The notes below the pieces were generated by a model. That model worked only from the letters and a program-made list of their open reading frames with translations, was not told the origin of the DNA and did not search any database. A program made the position numbers and the translations under genes. A stretch of 56,704 nt of DNA, the filler included, from Dugesia japonica (lineage: Eukaryota): the NCBI GenBank assembly GCA_001938525.1. It is 4 parts of 4 records of this genome, joined end to end, with 100 filler letters (N's around TTAATTAATTAA, not from the genome) between each part and the next. Parts side by side here need not be neighbours in the genome. Positions count along the whole stretch, not along the records: positions 45,037 to 56,704 come from MQRL01626596.1; 3 more parts are not named here. One strand, given 5' to 3'. This document shows positions 51,738 to 56,704 of this stretch, one piece after another. Each line of letters starts with the position of its first letter. Positions within the stretch are counted from its first letter, which is position 1.

Positions 51738-52379
51738 CAGTGTAGTGCAAAATTATAACATCATTTGAATTTCATTAATTTCGTATATTAAATATATCAG
51801 TAAATATTTTTATCGAAAGCTAAATTAAAATAAATACAAAAGTAATTAATAACTCTTCATAAATAAGAAATATGGATATTTTGTTAAATATTTTATTAAT
51901 TTAATGGTGCAATATTAAAATCTCATAATTATTTTTTTTATGACAATGGTTATTATATAAAAATATTATTTTTAATTAAATTAATGTAGGCGATTAAGAT
52001 GTTATTCAAACAAGACAATGCAATTGTTCACCATCGCAAAAGCTAATTATGTTCGGTTCCACATAGTTATTAGAATGGTCATTATTTTCTTAAAATTTGA
52101 ATCCCATTGAAAATTTATGGGGTTGATACTGCTGATAAAAAATAGGTGTACATTTTAATAAAAACTTGTAATGGGGTTATAATTTTGCACCAATAATTTC
52201 TAAGCAAATTCTTATTTAACAATAATACAAAATTTAGATTATTTTAGAAATGTTGGACAACCAACTTTTAATTGATTGTAATAATATTAAATAAAAATAT
52301 ATTTTTAATATTTGTTAAAATATCTTAATCTTAATATCTTAAAGAAATCGGATGAGGTTATAACTTTTGCTACTCACAT
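51738..52379 (+). mobile_element. Tc1-like element, internally deleted, IR/DR-type ends
   Basis: Outer repeats GTGCAAAATTATAAC / GTTATAACTTTTGC and inner repeats near 51905 and 52171; transposase motifs FKQDNAIVH and LEW...NLNPIENLW. Confidence 0.8.
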
Positions 52380-53793
52380 TATATAAATATATATATATAG
52401 TTCAAAATAATAATTCGCGAACTATTCTAATTATATTAACGAGGTCGAAAAATTTATTCATTTAGAATAACACGCGCACGTTTATTAGATGCGAGAAAAG
52501 GTACCAGGGAAAGATGGTATGAGTTGGAAGAAAAATAGATAAAAAACGGAAAAACAAACAAAAAATAACTAATGAGAAAAGTTAGTAACAAAATTTAAGA
52601 CTGATATGAGGGACTGTATAAAATTCATAACAGACTATATATCTTAAGAATCTAAATTTTGTTTGGTTTTTACAATCTTTGTATCTATTCTAATTAATAA
52701 AAAATTCAAAAAATAGATATAAAAACAAATTTAAGAATATTAAAAACATAAAATATTAAAAATTAAGAATATTAATTAAATATTAAGGATATTAAAAACA
52801 AATTTGTTTAATTAATAGTTTTTATTTAATTTTTTAATTTGTAGAAATTTTAATATGGATAAACTTAGTAATTATGATTTAAATACTCAAACACTGAAGA
52901 GCTCAACCTCTAACAAACTGTACATGAAAATCGACTGGAACAATACGAAGAATATTTACATTCTTTAACTGGCAAAAACAGTTTACCTAAACCACGGGCA
53001 AGGTACAATCAGGCGCTTACGATCAGATAAAATATTACGAAATTACCTGGCTGGTTGGGCATATCGCTCCAGCGGATACAAAATATACGCAGCTAATACT
53101 ATGATTTCGCTTTATCAAAGATAATTTTAAAATATATATACTTCTCTTAATCAGTGAAATTAATTCAATTCCAAAATCATTGATGTGTATATTTCAATAT
53201 AACAAGCACTCCTAAATAAAATTTACAACTACATATATTTCCCATGTTTTTCATATTGGTTTGCTATCTTTCAATTCTATACTGTTGGAAGTTTTCCTCT
53301 TCTCTATTTCGTAACGCATTTTACGCTTACTGTTTTTCTTACTACTGATCATAATGTTCAATTTTGGTTAAATGAATGCATGAAAGAAAAAATCATTCGA
53401 GTCTTTTAGATAAAGTATCAGAGATTTCAAAATCTCTATATAAAATCTCTATATATTCGTCGGTAAGTGACACTGAAGATGAATGTGGTGAAAATTTAGA
53501 GCAAGAGTATTTAGGAAAACAATAATGAAACCCATTTAGTGTTCTGATGAGCATTTAAATCCAATGAAATATAATGTTGATGTTCATGTCGACAGTCAGA
53601 ATCTCAAGCAACAAAAGACATCATTCAATTTTTTAAAAATAATATAAAATAAATTAAAGATCATATAGATATGGATATAACGGTGTCAGATGATGTCGAA
53701 TGATATGATAAAGGCAAAATCTATTTTATATCACTAATTAATATTTTTAAATCTTTTCAATTTTACGATGAGCGTCTCAGATTCGCCAAACAA

Positions 53794-53857
<64 letters not shown>

Positions 53858-54000
53858 NNNNNNNNNNNNNNNNNNNNNNNNNNNNNNNNNNNNNNNNNNN
53901 NNNNNNNNNNNNNNNNNNNNNNNNNNNNAATATTATTAATATTATTAATATTATTAATATTATTAATATTATTAATATTATTAATATTATTAATATTAAT
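53794..54000. repeat. (ATT)n microsatellite and (AATATTATT)n run
   Basis: Simple repeats flanking an N gap. Confidence 0.95.
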
Positions 54001-54280
54001 ATAAATATAATTCTGTATAAAATTATATTTAAAATCGAACAAATGAATTCCGTTTTCATAAAACAAGATTATGATTCACAATTAATAATTAGTTTTGAAT
54101 ACAAGAGTAAAACAATTTCTAATCGGAAGAACTTTATAAATGTATTTTATTTGAATTAACAAGAAACATTTACATTGCATCTTGATATTATTATTTATAA
54201 ATAGAAAAATAAATTTCATCAATTTAAAAATTTTTATTTTTAAATAAAAATGTAAATGTTCGTTTGTTCAAAATCGATCA

Positions 54281-54398
54281 ACTCCGAAAGTTGCATTCAA
54301 ATACAAACATGTTTATATTTCACATACCTATTATATTTCACATACTCCGAACGTTGCATTCAAATACAAACATGTTTATATTTCACATACCTATTATA
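54281..54398. repeat. tandem duplication, 62-bp period
   Basis: ACTCCGAAAGTTGCATTCAAATACAAACATG... at 54281 recurs at 54343 with one mismatch. Confidence 0.9.
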
Positions 54399-54879
54399 TA
54401 TGTGCAAAATTTTTTAAATGAACTCAATTAATTCATTTTGAAATTTGATTTTAAATATTATTAGGCTTTTTTTTGAATATATTTTATTTTAGATATATTT
54501 ATTATTATTTAAAAATATTATAATAATGAGGTTTAGGGTCTTTTTTGTAGTGTTAAAGGTATTAGTTCAGAAAATATGGTATATTATCTAATTCTCGAAA
54601 GTTATATAATTTATAGATAATATTTGCGAATTTTCTGTGATCTATATGTAAGTTTTCGAAAAGAATGAGTTAGTTGATTTTTAACTTTTGGATTATTTGT
54701 GCCTGAAAATAATTATTTTTTTAATTCAAATTTAATTTGAATGATTTTTTCTATTACGATTATAAGACGCATTTATGAATTACTCACATGTTTGATTATT
54801 TTTAATTGCTTTCTGTGTGATATTTTTTTCTTGATATATGTGAACTCAAAAATTCATATTTTAGCTCTACATATCTATC

Positions 54880-56459
54880 ATATCTGAAAGAACGATTAAC
54901 AAAAAACGAAAGAAAATTGTACTCACGATAAAACAGAAACTTATATTAATTGAGATTCGAAAAAGGAGAATCCACGTCAAAACTTTGCGAATATGGAATT
55001 GGCATTTAAACTGTTCAAACAAACTATAAACAAAAAAAAGTTAGAGGAGTTTGCTAGAGATTGATAATTATTTTTGCAATTATTTTTGAAAAATAAGGGA
55101 TTGCACAGAAAGCAGTTTTGTTATTAGATAATGCTCCTTCTCATCCGAATGAAAGCATATTGAAGACAAACGATTACAAAATTTTTGCTCCCTAATGTTA
55201 AATCACTAATTCAACCTATGGACCAATGTGTTATATCATCAATGAAACGTCTTTATTCACAAAAACGTCTGAAAACTCTTGTTGAAGATGATTATCTGAC
55301 CTATGTTTTGAAAAAAAATGACGGTATTGGATGCTATATATTGGATAGCACAATTTTGGTCAAAAGTAAAGCCATTAACACTCGTTCGATCATGGAGAAA
55401 GATTCATCTTGACATAGAAACATTTTTAATGGATGTGGAAGGGAATGAAGAAAATTTTGTATCTGAAATGTGTGGAGCAAATTCTAAAATTGCAAAAAAA
55501 TCATAAGGAAGATTGGATCATAACGGATCCAGTTTGTAAAAACAATTTCAATAAGGATTTCGATCAAATAATGAAATACAGTCACCATTTTGCTTTGTTT
55601 GCGAATCGTCAACTGATAAAACCTAACTCCCATTTTCATTGAAAATCCCATTGTTTTATTTCCTATTTAAAGGATTTACAATAGATAAAGAAGATGAATC
55701 AGACTCAGTAACACAGACAGTCTATATGCCGTATAAGCAAATATCTTTGTCCTTAAGACGCTGCTTTATAATAAATTTCGAAAGAATTCTGGAGCCAGCT
55801 TAATGATTATTGTACTGTATTTAATTCATTTGAATCCTCTCTTGCTATCCCTAATTGAACAAATTCTATAATTACAATTTTTTGAAGACGTGGATAAGGA
55901 AAACATAGAGTGGCTAAATCATGATATAAATGATCCAGGCTTTGAACGCATGGACGATCCTGATGTCCTTTCTCTTGTTACTCAAGAGGAAGAAAATCCC
56001 AGTAATACTACAAGCGAAGAAGATACCAATGGTTACGTTAGTCATGAAACGGAATTGAATTGTATTGAAACATTTCTACATTACGCTGAACAAAGGGGAA
56101 CTGAATATAACAATGTAATAGCTTTAAGAATATTTCGAAGTGAAATAAGAAATTCATTAAAAAATCTCAAAAACAAATGAAAAAAACAAGTGTATATGTG
56201 TATGTATAAAAATATGTGTACATATAAAAGTATACTTTTTATATTTTCATTTTCATATATATAATAACATTATATTTTTACTTTTTTATGTTTTCTTGAT
56301 AAATAATGAATATAAAAATAATGTGTTAAAAATTTGTGTTGTGTATATGATATTTTTTTCGAAAATAAAATAAAAATTTGATGATTCTGATTACCAGTGT
56401 TTTTCAATTATCCCTGACCATCCTCCCCAGCATTATGCTGGATATTCGAAAGTTCACTG
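54880..56459 (+). mobile_element. Tigger/jerky (pogo-family) transposon remnant
   Basis: CENP-B-like start KRKKIVLTIKQKL; DDE motifs [12 protein letters not shown] and [16 protein letters not shown]; right TIR ...GGATATTCGAAAGTTCACTG followed by TA. Confidence 0.88.
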
Positions 56460-56704
56460 TAATATATTTTTATTGTTCGATGGACAATGTAGCAAGTTTT
56501 TAATGGTTTTAAAAATAACAATTAAAATGATTGATTTGTGAAGAATTGTCATTAAATTAGCAGAATAGTTATATAATGTACGAATGATCTTTCTTATGTT
56601 TTGAGCGCATTCTACAGATGAAAACCGATTTAATCAATCACATAAATGAATTTCAAAGTTACATAACATATAAATATTTACAATAGTAGATAAATAGTAG
56701 CGCA

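Noticed and set aside
53540-53580. CTGATGA...GAAA hammerhead candidate
   Set aside because: Stem II does not close next to GAAA and stems I/III are absent; the region looks like an acidic coding remnant.

Overview
Very AT-rich eukaryotic (metazoan-like) draft sequence. It is really four separate scaffolds joined by identical artificial 100-bp spacers (44 N + TTAATTAATTAA + 44 N): 1-8351, 8452-31763, 31864-44936 and 45037-56704. It is mostly decayed mobile DNA: several Ty3/Gypsy LTR elements and solo LTRs, mariner/Tc1/pogo, MULE and hAT transposons (two with intact target-site duplications), a Penelope-like element with a hammerhead-like motif, and Polinton/Maverick-like viral gene fragments. 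The only clear host gene is two spliced exons of an intersectin-like gene. The most unusual items are: (1) a Gypsy-type, pol-deleted element with a tRNA-Trp PBS and a chuvirus-like class III fusion glycoprotein, whose LTR carries an array of covarying hairpins; (2) a divergent TBP-like gene head-to-head with a Maverick packaging ATPase; (3) a Gypsy integrase fragment followed by a DEDD exonuclease-like domain; (4) a second LTR family with a large covarying foldback. All protein calls are motif recognition by eye, without database searches.
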